Shown one piece after another: positions 35,701-46,984 of a stretch of DNA of 52,848 bases. The first letter of the stretch is position 1, and each line of letters begins with the position of its first letter. A program made the translations under genes and the position numbers. This DNA comes from Macrostomum lignano (taxonomy: Eukaryota). The stretch lies in NCBI GenBank assembly GCA_002269645.1, contig NIVC01001320.1:1-52848 (forward strand). The letters are read 5' to 3'. Under the pieces are notes generated by a model, which did not search any database, had not been told where the DNA came from, and saw only the letters and a program-made list of their open reading frames with translations.

Positions 35701-38700
35701 CGAGAGTCTGAGAGGCTGGCCCAGAAACTGGGGATCTGGGAGGCTGGCCCAGAAACTGGGGATCTGGGAGGCTGGCCCAGCAACTGGGGATCTGGGAGGC
35801 TGGCCCAGCAACTGAGGATCTGGGAGGCTGGCCCAGCAACTGGGGATCTGGGAGGCTGGCCCAGAAACTGGGGATCTGGGAGGCTGGCCCAGAAACTGGG
35901 GATCTGGGAGGCTTGCCCAGTAACCGAGAGCCTGAGAGGCTGGCCCAGAAACTGGGGATCTGGGAGGCTTGCCCAGTAACCGAGAGCCTGAGAGGCTGGC
36001 CCAGAAACTGGGGATCTGGGAGGCTGGCCCAGCAACTGGGGATCTGGGAGGCAGGCGTTGGCCCAGTAACGGAGGATCTGGGGCGGGGGTGTGGCGGTTG
36101 GGAGGTTGCTGATGGCTTAGTGGATGGATGCTGTTGGCATAGAGTAGACCAGGTACCCGAGGCTGCATACCTGCTTCTTAGCGGCAGCCTCCTCAATCTT
36201 GAGCTTCGGAATGCCGTCGGCAACGGCCTTGGCCATGCCGCCGTGGGACTCAATTTCCTGAATGAGCTTGAGCGCCTTGTCGTAGATCTCGTCAGTGAGA
36301 GCCTCCATCATGTAGGAGCCGCCCCAGGGATCGATGACGCGGGGGATGCCGGTCTCCTCCTGCAGAATGATTTGCGTGTTGCGGGCGATTCGAGCAGAAA
36401 ACTGAGTCGGCAGGCCCAGAGCTTCGTCAAACGAGTTCGTGTGCAACGACTGGGTGCCGCCGAACACTGAGGCCATGGCTTCCACCTGGAGACAAGATGG
36501 AAAAAATGAAGAACAAGCCATAAAGTGCGAAACTTCCTTTTAGAAATCTCCATATCCATATCGTCAACGAGCACAAGCTCTTCTTCCAGTCTTTATAGAA
36601 CCGCTCTGTCGAAAAAATGACGTCATCAGATGCTATTAATAGAACACCCTGACCCACAGAAGAGGCCACTCACCGCAGTACGAATAATATTATTATAAGG
36701 ATCCTGCTCAGTTAGCGACCAGCCGGAGGTCTGCGAGTGGCACCTCAACAGCAGCGACTTTTCCGACTTGGGCTTGAAATTCTCCTTGAGCAAAATGGCC
36801 CACAGGCGCCTGGCCGCCCGCAGCTTAGCAATCTCCATGTAGAAATTCATTCCGATGCCCCAGAAGAAGCTCAGCCTGGGCGCGAACTCGTCAATAGTGA
36901 GGCCGGCCTTGATGCCAGCGCGGCAGTACTCCAGGCCATCGGCGATGGTGAAGCCAGCTCTTGGATTGCGTCGGCTCCGGCCTCCTGCAGGTGACATTCG
37001 GAGGGAAAGGCATATTGCATCTAGGCCTGTCAATCAACCATTGTGTCTTTTTACCTGTTACCGTGTGTCTTTGTATCTGTTACCGTGTCTTTGTATCAGT
37101 CCCCGTGTGTCTTCGTATCTGTCACCGTGTGTCTTTGTATTAGTCACCGTGTGTCTTTGTATCAGTCACCGTGTGTCTTTGTATCAGTCACCGTGTGTCT
37201 TTGTATCAGTCACCGTGTGTCTTTGTATCAGTCACCGTGTGTCTTTGTATCAGTCACCGTGTGTCTTTGTATTAGTCACCGTGTGTCTTTGTATTAGTCA
37301 CCGTGTGTCTTTGTATATCCGTCACCGTGTGTCTTTGTATCAGTCACCGTGTGTCTTTGTATCAGTCACCGTGTGTCTTTGTATCTGTCACCGTGTGTCT
37401 TTGTATCAGTCACCGTGTGTCTTTGTATCAGTCACCGTGTGTCTTTGTATTAGTCACCGTGTGTCTTTGTATTAGTCACCGTGTGTCTTTGTATATCCGT
37501 CACCGTGTGTCTTTGTATCAGTCACCGTGTGTCTTTGTATCAGTCACCGTGTGTCTTTGTATCAGTCACCGTGTGTCTTTGTATCTGTTACCATATATCT
37601 TTGTATCAGTCACCGATGTGTCTTTGTATCTCACCGTGTATCTGTGTGATGCAACAAACAGCCCTACCTGCATGTGATAGCCAGATATGCTAATACAGTT
37701 GAACTTGGGCATATTCTTAGAGCAATAGCTGAATATGTCGGCAATGATGCGCATGCTGGGCTCAGGCGGAAAAATGTAAGTGTTGCGGACCATGAACTCC
37801 TTCAGGATGTCGTTTTGGATGGTGCCGGCCAGCTCCGCTTGATTGGCGCCCTGCAGGTTCAGATATTTACAATCCTTTAATAGAGCACTGTCACTCACAG
37901 AATCAGATAGTTCATTCACAGAATCAGATAGTTCACTCACAGAATCAGATAGTTCACTCACAGAATCAGATAGTTCATTCACAGAATCAGATAGTTCACT
38001 CACAGAATCAGATAGCTCATTCACAGAATCAGACAATTCACTCACATAATCAGATAATTCACTCACAGAATCAGATAGTTCAGTCTCAGAATCAGATAGT
38101 TCAGTCTCAGAATCAGATTACCAATGAGTCACAAAATCAGGTTACTCATGAGTCACAGAACCAGATTACTTATAACTCACAGAACCAGATTACTCATGAG
38201 TCACAGAACCAGATTACTCATAAGTCACAGAATCAGGTTACTCATGAGTCACAGAACCAGATTACTCATAAGTCACAGAATCAGGTTACTCATGAGTCAC
38301 AGAATCAGATTACTAATGAGTCACGAAATCAGGTTACTCATAACTCACAGAACCAGATTACTAATGAGTCACAAAATCAGGTTACTCATGAGTCACAGAA
38401 CCAAATTACTCACAAGTCACAAAATCAGATTACTCATGAGTCACAGAATCAGATTACTCACAAGTCACAGAATCAAGTTACTCATGAGTCACAGAATCAG
38501 ATGACTCACCTGCTCCTCGGCAGCCACAATATAGAAGGCCAGCACGGGCAGCACAGCTCCATTCATAGTCATAGAGGTGGATATCTTATTCAGTGGGATA
38601 GAGTCAAAAAGGATTTTCATATCCTCCACGGTATCGATGGCCACACCGGCCATGCCGACGTCGCCCTTCACCCTGGGGTTGTCGCTGTCGTAGCCACGGT

Positions 38701-39112
38701 GAGTGGGCAAGTCGAAGGCCACACTGAGGCCCTGCTGTCCTGCGGCGATGTTGGCCCTATAGAATTTATTGCTCTCCTCAACCGTGCTGAAACCCGCGTA
38801 CTGGCGAATTGTCCAGGGCTTCTGGGCGTACATTGTGGGATAGGGACCCCTAGTGTACGGGAATTTGCCGGACACTTCCCTGTCAACTTTGGCCGCGTCA
38901 TCTTTTGTATAGATTGGCCGGATAACAATGCCCTCGGCTGTGCGCCAGTTTAACTTGGTCGGATCCTGGCCTTTCAGTTGTTTTTTAGCTAGGGCCGCCC
39001 AGTCTTCGGGCAGTTGGCCACCAGATGCAGCAGCTTTGCACAGGTGACGATTGGACTGACCAATGGCGGCGCGGAAGCCGGCAACGGTGCGAGAGGCGGC
39101 TAGAAGGCGCAT
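32778..39112 (-). CDS. MMUT: Methylmalonyl-CoA mutase, mitochondrial (adenosylcobalamin-dependent), 7 exons, ~746 aa
   Basis: Exons 39112-38510, 37850-37668, 36984-36674, 36485-36171, 35238-35059, 34739-34440 and 33125-32778, all with GT-AG introns. Motifs: [64 protein letters not shown]12-binding [19 protein letters not shown] and GGVIPPQD. The N-terminus is presequence-like. Exon 3 is 311 nt, with one base missing near 36953. Confidence 0.97.
33180..34395. repeat. 14-16-bp minisatellite (TTGA(A)CTGACAGCATT) in MMUT intron 6
   Basis: About 80 tandem units. Confidence 0.95.
35280..36050. repeat. ~28-bp minisatellite (CTGGGGATCTGGGAGGCTGGCCCAGYAA) in MMUT intron 4
   Basis: Two interleaved variants read directly. 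Confidence 0.95.
37045..37640. repeat. ~21-bp minisatellite (GTCACCGTGTGTCTTTGTATCA) in MMUT intron 2
   Basis: Tandem units read directly. Confidence 0.95.
37890..38505. repeat. ~21-24-bp minisatellite (TCACAGAATCAGAT core) in MMUT intron 1
   Basis: Two related sub-arrays sharing the core. Confidence 0.95.
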
Positions 39113-42100
39113 CTTCTGTGCGCTTGTGTAGATGGCATGCAATAAAGGCAGTATTTTTGTTGGGTAAAAGGCGAGAGTAACTATGCCTCTATTAGAAACA
39201 AAACATGCCTCGTCACCTAATTAGTTTTAACTTTATTGATTAATTCTGAATTTTACCTACGAGTAGCTAGTGCAGCAGTTTTCCACAAAAATATACGGTT
39301 GTTATGTGAAGAGCCTTTTTGCAATACAGCAGTGCTCAATATGCAATTTGAATATTTCCCTCTTTGGCTTCAAATAATTAGTGCTCTTCTCTTTTGGTCA
39401 TCAGCTTTTGTTTTTCTCTCTTAGATGCCAAACTAAGTTTTACTTTTTGTTTTAATGCTCAAAATATATTGGGACATTCTTTTTTTAAAATATGCATGTA
39501 AAATGACTATATATATGGATGAACTTCCTCACAAATAACCTTTTCTAACTCAATTGGACTCTTATTCTATCTTTCCAATTTTCTTACATTTTGGACAATA
39601 CTTGCCTATATAGTAATATTATAGTAATACTCTAGTAATATTTATATATTAGCAGAGTCCTTATGAGTACTTAACTCAAAATTAACACTTAGTACTTAAC
39701 ACTCAAAATTAAGAAATTTCTACAAAATAAAGTAATTAAGTTATTTAGTAAATATGAAGATCAAATAGCATGTTTAATAATAACTTTTTAAGTGTTATAG
39801 TATTTATTGAAAAGTTAAAAATGTCTATACAAAATATATATTAAATTTCTCAATAGCATTAAAAGTTGCTACCTTTGACAATGTGCAATAAATTCTTGCA
39901 GTATTGACTTTTGAGTGACATAGCTTGCACTATGCAATTTGGAGTTAGGTTAGGTAAAAGGGATTGAAAAAAGTTGAAGGTGAAGATTGGATAGATTGAA
40001 GCTTCTACCTACTTTTCATTGTTTTTTTCAAGTATTTTTAATATCAAAATGGTTAGTTAGATGCCACACTCTCAAATCTGGTACACCAAAGAAATGACTC
40101 CCTATATCATAAATTCAAATTTATGCCAGAAAAAAAATTAACTTGTGATCTTTATGTTGGAAATTATCAAAAGTATTGCAACAATAAACAATACAAGACC
40201 CTTTCCTGGATTATAACATTTTGGTCTTTTACTCTTTTGTATGCTAATAGCTATGCTATATACAGCTCTATGGCACAATTTTCAGTAGATTACTCTATAT
40301 ACCAGATACTTTATACTTATAGTTTAATGATAGATAGCCTAAAACAATAGAGATGGAATCAGGATAAAAATTTATAATATTTTATTTAAATTAAAACAAC
40401 TTAATAACCTAATAGACCAAGTAATAATTGGTTTTAATTAGAATTAGAAATTTGATTGATATCTAAATACTAGTAGTTGCTTTGATATAGGAATGACAAT
40501 TTGGAACAAGTCAAAAGTTAAATATTATATTGGTATAGATATTGTGGATCACGATTGACATAAATGAAGGGATAGAATTAGGCCAGGGGACAATTATTTT
40601 CTAATTAGTATTGCAACCAAAAAATTATTAAGGAAATTGATTTTTAGAGTAATAAATACCTAGAAGAGAAAAGTAAAGAAAGAGGGGAAAAGATAACTTG
40701 GCCTTGTATTTTGGGAAAAATTTGCTTGGTTCCCCTTTGAGTTTTTTGGTTTTTGCCTCTTGCCCCCTAGTATTTGCTCCCTTACCCCTATTCCCTGGTT
40801 GCACCATTGGCTTTAAATCTGATAACTGATGCTTGAAGATAGGCAGAGATTAATTAATAAAGGCATAAAAAATTGACTATTTGAGAAGGCTTTTGAGAAG
40901 GCTTCAAAAAAGAATTCTGGTTACTTTGGTAATAGTTTAGTGACAATCACATTGGTAATATCTATTTCAGTGATAGGTTAATTTAATAACAAATATATAT
41001 GTATGTATGCATAAAGCATTCATTTCACTGTCTATAATTATCTATGCATATTATTTTAAAGGTGATTAAAAATGCATATAAATTTTCATGTAGTCAAGAA
41101 CATTCTTAAATATATGCATCTCAAAGTGGAATTCACAAAAGATTTCATTGCATCTATTGTATGAATCAAATGCCAATTGCAATTATATATGCAATTACAT
41201 GTAAGCTGCATATGCATTGAATATAACTTAATGATCAAATCTCAATTAACAAATTTGAAATATGCATAAAATTAAACCTTAAAAATCAAAACTCCGTTAA
41301 TAAACTAAAAATGACAAATAGTTAATACATAATAATAGGCCTATAGGCCTATAAAGCAAATAGGCCCTAGTTAAAATCTGGAAAATAAACATGGAGAAAA
41401 GTAAAAAAATAAACAATAGGCTATTTATCATTTATAGGCCTAGGACTACATATAGCAAAGCAAAGGGTATTTCAAAAAGAATAATAAATTAATAAATTAA
41501 TAAAAATTCTCTATCAATTATCATTGTCTACTAATTCATCATAAAAATAAATCAGACTAGTAAATAATAGATAGGCCCCCCTAGGCCCCTACACATTTGG
41601 CCCTAAAGCCCAAAGTAGGCCTATAGCCTAACCTGTCACCAAAATGGAAATTACCAAAGTGACTATCATTGAAATAGGCCTAACTAGTTCCCTTATAAAT
41701 AATAGAAGACTATTGAAGGAATTAAGGGTAGGGTTGGAATTTGATCTGTCAATCACAATCAGTAGACCTAGACCTAGCAAACCGCTTAGGCCTATATAGG
41801 TAGGGCTATCTGAACAAAAGTAAATGAAAAGAAAAAAACTTGTTTAAAAGAAACTTCGGCATTCCCCTGTACTGAAGCTCAAGTTCAACATGAACAATAG
41901 AACTAGTGCAATAGACCTTTCTTTGACCAAATTACAATGAAATGTCAAAGTCAGAGTCAAACGAAAGAGAAATAACTAATAAATAATGAAAAAAAAACAT
42001 TTTATAAATCGAAGCAATTCTAAATTGTCATGTAAAACTTTGCGAGTCGAAATCGTGCTCCTAATACTAGTAGAATATCTGTTCACAGATAACACCACTC

Positions 42101-42436
42101 ATCTCATGCCAAGCAAAAGTTCGTCATGTGTAAATTTAAAACAACGAACTTATTGCTTTTAAATGTACGCTTATTTGTTTATTAGAAAATTAAAACATCG
42201 TATTAATTTTCTTTAACTAATAACTAATAAGTAATTTAAAGCATCCTGGAAAGTATTTGGAAGCACTCTTATCATAATACTGACCAATTATTTGTTTTAA
42301 CTACTGACTGTTAAAAAAGAGTTCTTGAGGTATGTGTACTATGTAGAATATTTTCCCAACACAGAAAAACTGTGTTTTCGTATCTGATAAGTATTGCTTT
42401 ATTGAATTGTTCAAATTATAGTTAGGGAGATACGCA

Positions 42437-43468
42437 CAAGGACTTCTAGACTAACAGGACGTAAAACTCAAAGATCGTGCAATTTTTTGGAGGCCACGAT
42501 TTCCTGGAAAAAATACACTGCGAAGATAGAAAAAATCTGTTTTTCGTCACAAAATCTGTGATTGTATTTGATCTGGGGCAGTGAAGACTACCATTCTTTT
42601 AATTTACCATGCACAACATGTTACTCTATTATATTTTCATATAGCTATGTAATGAAGTTTTAATTTTCATATTGTTTTCACTTTATTTCATAAGCCCAAA
42701 GTTGCAAACTCACAAGTGGCATTAGACCTAGCCAAATATCAAATTCAAGAAAAGAAAAGCTATTCAAATTTGTAATATAATAATATTTTTAGCCTTTAAA
42801 ATAAAAATTATAAAAGGACTAATCAATGTTTTTTCTTATAGATACCTAGTAAAAATGGTTAGGGCCTATTTTTGTGATTAAGTCTATTCTTCTTAAATCT
42901 TAGTCTTAAATATAGGCTTGGCTTAAAAACTGATAATACAGCTTTCTCAAGCCTAGGTAACCAACCATATGAAACTATGTATTGGTAATCTATATATAAT
43001 AAAAAATCATTGTCTAAATTTAATTACTTATTAGGCTAGATAGTGTAGTGATAGGTCTAGTTCTAGTAGGCCTAGGAATTAGTATAGTTACTAAACCTAC
43101 AATAATAGCTTAAGACTAAGAGTACCTACTTGCAATGTTTTTATACTTTATTTTAAAAAGAACAACACAAAAAGTTTGGCTAATGCCACTTGTGAGTTTG
43201 CAACTTTGGGCTTATGAAATAAAGTGAAAACAATATGAAAATGAAAACTTCGCTACACAGCTATATGAAAATATAATAGAGTAACATGTTGTGCATGTTA
43301 AATTAAAAGAATGGTAGTCTTCACTGCCCCAGATCAAATACAATCACAGATTTTGTGACGAAAAACAGATTTTTTCCTATCTTCGCAGTGTATTTTTTCC
43401 AGGAAATCGTGGCCTCCAAAAAATTGCACGATCTTTGAGTTTACGTCCTGTTAGTCTAGAAGTCCTTG
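42437..43468. mobile_element. Foldback-type non-autonomous DNA transposon with 289-bp TIRs; P or hAT superfamily
   Basis: TIRs at 42437-42725 and 43180-43468 begin CAAGG and are nearly identical. Perfect 8-bp TSD GATACGCA (42429-42436, 43469-43476). Confidence 0.9.
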
Positions 43469-44146
43469 GATACGCATCTTTCAAAAGGTTTTAGAAAGTT
43501 TCGTTTGGAAGTTTGGAAGTGTGTAACAATTATATGTGCTCAGGAGTCAGAGGAATGGGCGAATTACCCCAGCGCTGAGGTTGGGGAACGATGTCGCCGA
43601 ATAACTTCTACCAAAACACAATGACGAGTCAAAACGGTCATTATTACACCATTCATAGACTCCACCGCCAGATTCTTCTAATTGATAAGATCGAGCTACG
43701 GCTTTGCATGATTTTATTAAAAAATACTAATAATATATGATGAGTATAAGTTATATGGACTCGTACGTCCATTATCTTATCTGATTGTCAATTCCATCAA
43801 CTGTCTATTGGCCTCGGCCAATCAACGCAGTCCTCAGTCTTGTAATGTGGGCCAGATAAATCAGTCCATGGGGGTGATACCTTATACGTACATGTTACAT
43901 CGATCATATGGGTAGGCTGCCTGGGTTGAAACGCGATTGAAACGCTCTACATTTGTCCGCCGTCACTGTCTATGGTTGAAGCATATTTCAATTATATTCA
44001 ATTCATCACTTATAGCCACTGTATATTTCACTGCCAACAAACACAAGACCAAACACAACAGGAATGAAACACGAAGTAAACGAAATAATTCAGTAAATAA
44101 CGCTTGGAAGCTCAAAATGATATGTGGCTGGAGAGTTCATCAATAG

Positions 44147-44480
44147 TTACCTCAATAGTTTTTTGAATCTCAATACCAGATATTTTTTGAAGCGCTTCAC
44201 ATGGAGAGCGGTTTGATCCGTGGTCGATTTGCGTTTGGCAGCCTCTTCGACGTCTTGCACAGCAGCTTCCTCTTCTTCCGTCAGTTCCCGCAGAAGCTCG
44301 GCATTATTCAGAATGCTTGGATTGGACAATTCTGCGTCAATCAACTCCTGCTGTCTTACGGTCAGACCGGTCCACTGACTAACTTCTTCACCAGGATCAC
44401 GATGTCCAAGTTGCTGCAGAAACTCATCTCATTCATTTCTAAACCGCTATCTTCCTCTAGTATTGATTCCCAGTGAAACA
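44147..44480 (-). pseudogene. N-terminal fragment of a Crypton-like (tyrosine recombinase) transposon protein
   Basis: ELTEEEEAAVQDVEEAAKRKSTTDQTALHVKRFKKYL resembles the helix pattern before the core-binding domain of Crypton/DUF3504-type proteins. It is frameshifted upstream and ends at AG|GTAACT. No catalytic domain is present in the window. Confidence 0.4.
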
Positions 44481-45026
44481 TGGCTAATTCCGAACCTTAA
44501 AGCTGTTTAAATCTTATTTTCTCTCCCGCCCACCAAGAGAAGAATGCTTCAAACTCTTTTTGGGTTTCAACCATAGACAGTCTCCGCGGACTGCGAAACC
44601 GCCACGAAGCATATAGCTAAAGCTTTTTCAACCATAGACCGTTTCTGTGGACGTGAAACCGCGTTGTGCGTCGGCGCTTCAGCCTACCCATAACACTAAT
44701 ATGGACTGGCTGTTCGAACTGAAACGCCGAGAAACGTCCTCAACAGCCAGTCTATATTAATATATTTCCATTCCATTTTGCTAATTATAGAACTCCTTGG
44801 CCTGGCCATCGACTACAGAAACGTATTTATTCAGAGGTTTAGCTCGTATTGCGCCAGACTGTGAATTTGAAGGTAAATTCGATTAAAAAGCTGAGAAAAA
44901 ACTTCAGATAATCATTGTTTTAAACAAGTTTTTATTTTAAAACTAATCAGAGAATTTGGTTTTTGACGTCACAGCAACAGAGGGACTATTATACTGTCAG
45001 AATAGTCAGCTATTTGATTAAAAGAA

Positions 45027-46534
45027 TCAATTAGCAGGCTCAATAATTCCCTCATCAATGAGCTGCGAATAGTAACTGGGGCTGTTCTCTGCGATGAATT
45101 TCAGCACCTCCGGGTATTTCAGATTGTAGGCAAAGCACAGCCGTTCGCCTGCGGGATCTGGCAGCATAATGCCGTAACTGCTGTTTTCTCTCCGGGTGTA
45201 GTAGTCCCTGATACTCCTGCTCATCTTCTCATAGCTCATGTGAACCCGGCCCTTGTGCCGGCCCCACAGCTTGGCCGCTTCGTTGTTGTCCAGGAATTTG
45301 AAGCTTCCTGGCCGGGACAGTTGATCCCTGACCCATTTGATACAGGAATGCTGCCGCAACAGCAGCTGCAGGGTGAACTGCCACAACAGCATGCGGGCGA
45401 ACTGTTCGACCGTCGCGAGCTTTTGCAAACTCGACCAGACGTTGCTGCTGGATTCTTCATCTTGATACCGAGATGCATCGGAGTGGAGCTGCGGTCGCGG
45501 ACAGTCAAGTCAACTTGTTGGTAGTACGTTGATTCTTGCAATTCATCGGCCTCTTCAAGCCTAGCATGCGGCAGCTGCTGCTGTTGTTGATGCTTAACAA
45601 ACGCTGAAAGAAACAGCGTAAGTTTTAAAGTACATGCATGCAGGCATCAATAGGTGAATTGATGAGTTGGTTGGCGAAGTAAAGGTAGTTGGCGGAGTGA
45701 GGTGGTTGGCGGAGTGAGGTGGTTGGCGGAGTGAGGTGGTTGGCGGAGTGAGGTGGTTTGCGAGTGAGGTGGTTTGCGGAGTGAGGTGGTTGGCGGAGTG
45801 AGGTGGGGGACGGAGTGCGGAGTGAGGTGGGGGACGGAGTGCTATCAGATGCATCTTTCTCCGCTTTGACACTCACCTACTCCCCCGGAAGTATCCGTTA
45901 AGTACGCTCGATTAGGTATTGGGAACATTTCGTTTTCCGGTAAGCTCCAGTTGAAAATTGGATGGCGGAGCTGTTGGGTCCCCAGGTTTGGTGTTGAATG
46001 AGCTCCTGTGAAGTTGCGGCGCTGCAGATTTTGTGGGCTGAAAGTACATAGAAATAAGTTGCTTGGTTGAAGGATAGATTCCTTGACTACCGATATTTCA
46101 CGAAGTTTCAATAAATAGCTAATCCCTCAATCATTGATTCTGGCGCGCTTGACGCTAGCGGCGCCTCGAAAAAAAACGGCCCCCAAAATGGCGCCCAGTC
46201 AGATAAAATGGCGCCCAATCAGATAGAATGGTGCCCAGTCAGATAAAATGGCGCCCAGTCAAATAAAATGGCGCCCAGACAGATAAAATGGCGCCCAGAA
46301 AGATAAAATGGCGCCCAAACAGATAAAACGAGGCCCAGTCAGATAAAATGGCGCCTAGACAGATAAAACGAGGCCCAGACAGATAAAATGGCGCCCAGTC
46401 AGATAAAATGGCGCCCAGTCAGATAAAATGGCAAATCGCTTACAGCTGCGCTCCTCACTGGCGTAAAGGTCGTTCAGAAGCAGTTCGAGAGGATCTTTTT
46501 CCTCTTGGAAGCATTTTTGCCTTAGCTGAGTCAT
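45027..46534 (-). CDS. Divergent ETS-domain transcription factor, 3 predicted exons, two apparent 1-bp deletions
   Basis: ETS domain LWQFTLQLLL...CIKW...GSFKF...AAKLWGRHK...MSYEKMSRSIRDYY...G.RL at ~45390-45110. Predicted exons 46534-46444, 46037-45877 and 45603-45027 with GT-AG sites. Confidence is high for the ETS exon and lower for the first two exons. Confidence 0.75.
45690..45840. repeat. ~17-bp minisatellite (GGTTGGCGGAGTGAGGT) in ETS intron 2
   Basis: Read directly. Confidence 0.9.
46185..46432. repeat. 20-bp minisatellite (AAAATGGCGCCCAGTCAGAT) in ETS intron 1
   Basis: About 12 units. Confidence 0.9.
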
Positions 46535-46984
46535 GCTATTGCTTTAGAATGGTTGGATTGTGTTAAAAGCAAAGTCACGATCTGCACACAGCCTTATGCA
46601 ACCGCATATATATACACTGGTTAATGGAGCTCAGACATCCTGGAAAAATAAGGCGGATGGATGCCAATGTCTGACAGTTTTAATGCATTTTCTAGCGAAT
46701 TGTTACCGGATTAAAAAAATAGCTGCGGACTCAGGTTGAGTCTCACAATGGCACAATCACAGACAGCTAGCTGGCAAACAGCTGTGTGTAATTATATGTT
46801 ATTGTACGAGCGTACATTGAAATAAGAAAACAATTGAGCTGGCCAAGTCAAGCAAAGTTCACTGTGGGTTGGCTAAAGAGATGGTCATTGTCAATTTGTT
46901 TTATTTTCCTCTGTGTTCGTGCTGTGCCGAAAAAAATTAATGGCTACTCGGCTGCATCCTGCTTGAAATTTTTGCAGGACGTGG

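Noticed and set aside
33166-38504. Long Cys/Ser- or Pro-rich ORFs overlapping MMUT
   Set aside because: They are read-throughs of intronic minisatellites whose unit lacks stops in some frames.
41330-41810. Cluster of TAGGCC/GGCCTA motifs
   Set aside because: No period, termini or structure could be defined; likely low-complexity AT-rich intergenic DNA.
43735-43770. Hammerhead-like ATGATGAG...CTCGTAC
   Set aside because: The catalytic core differs at essential positions (CUGA, GAAA) and stems I and III are absent.
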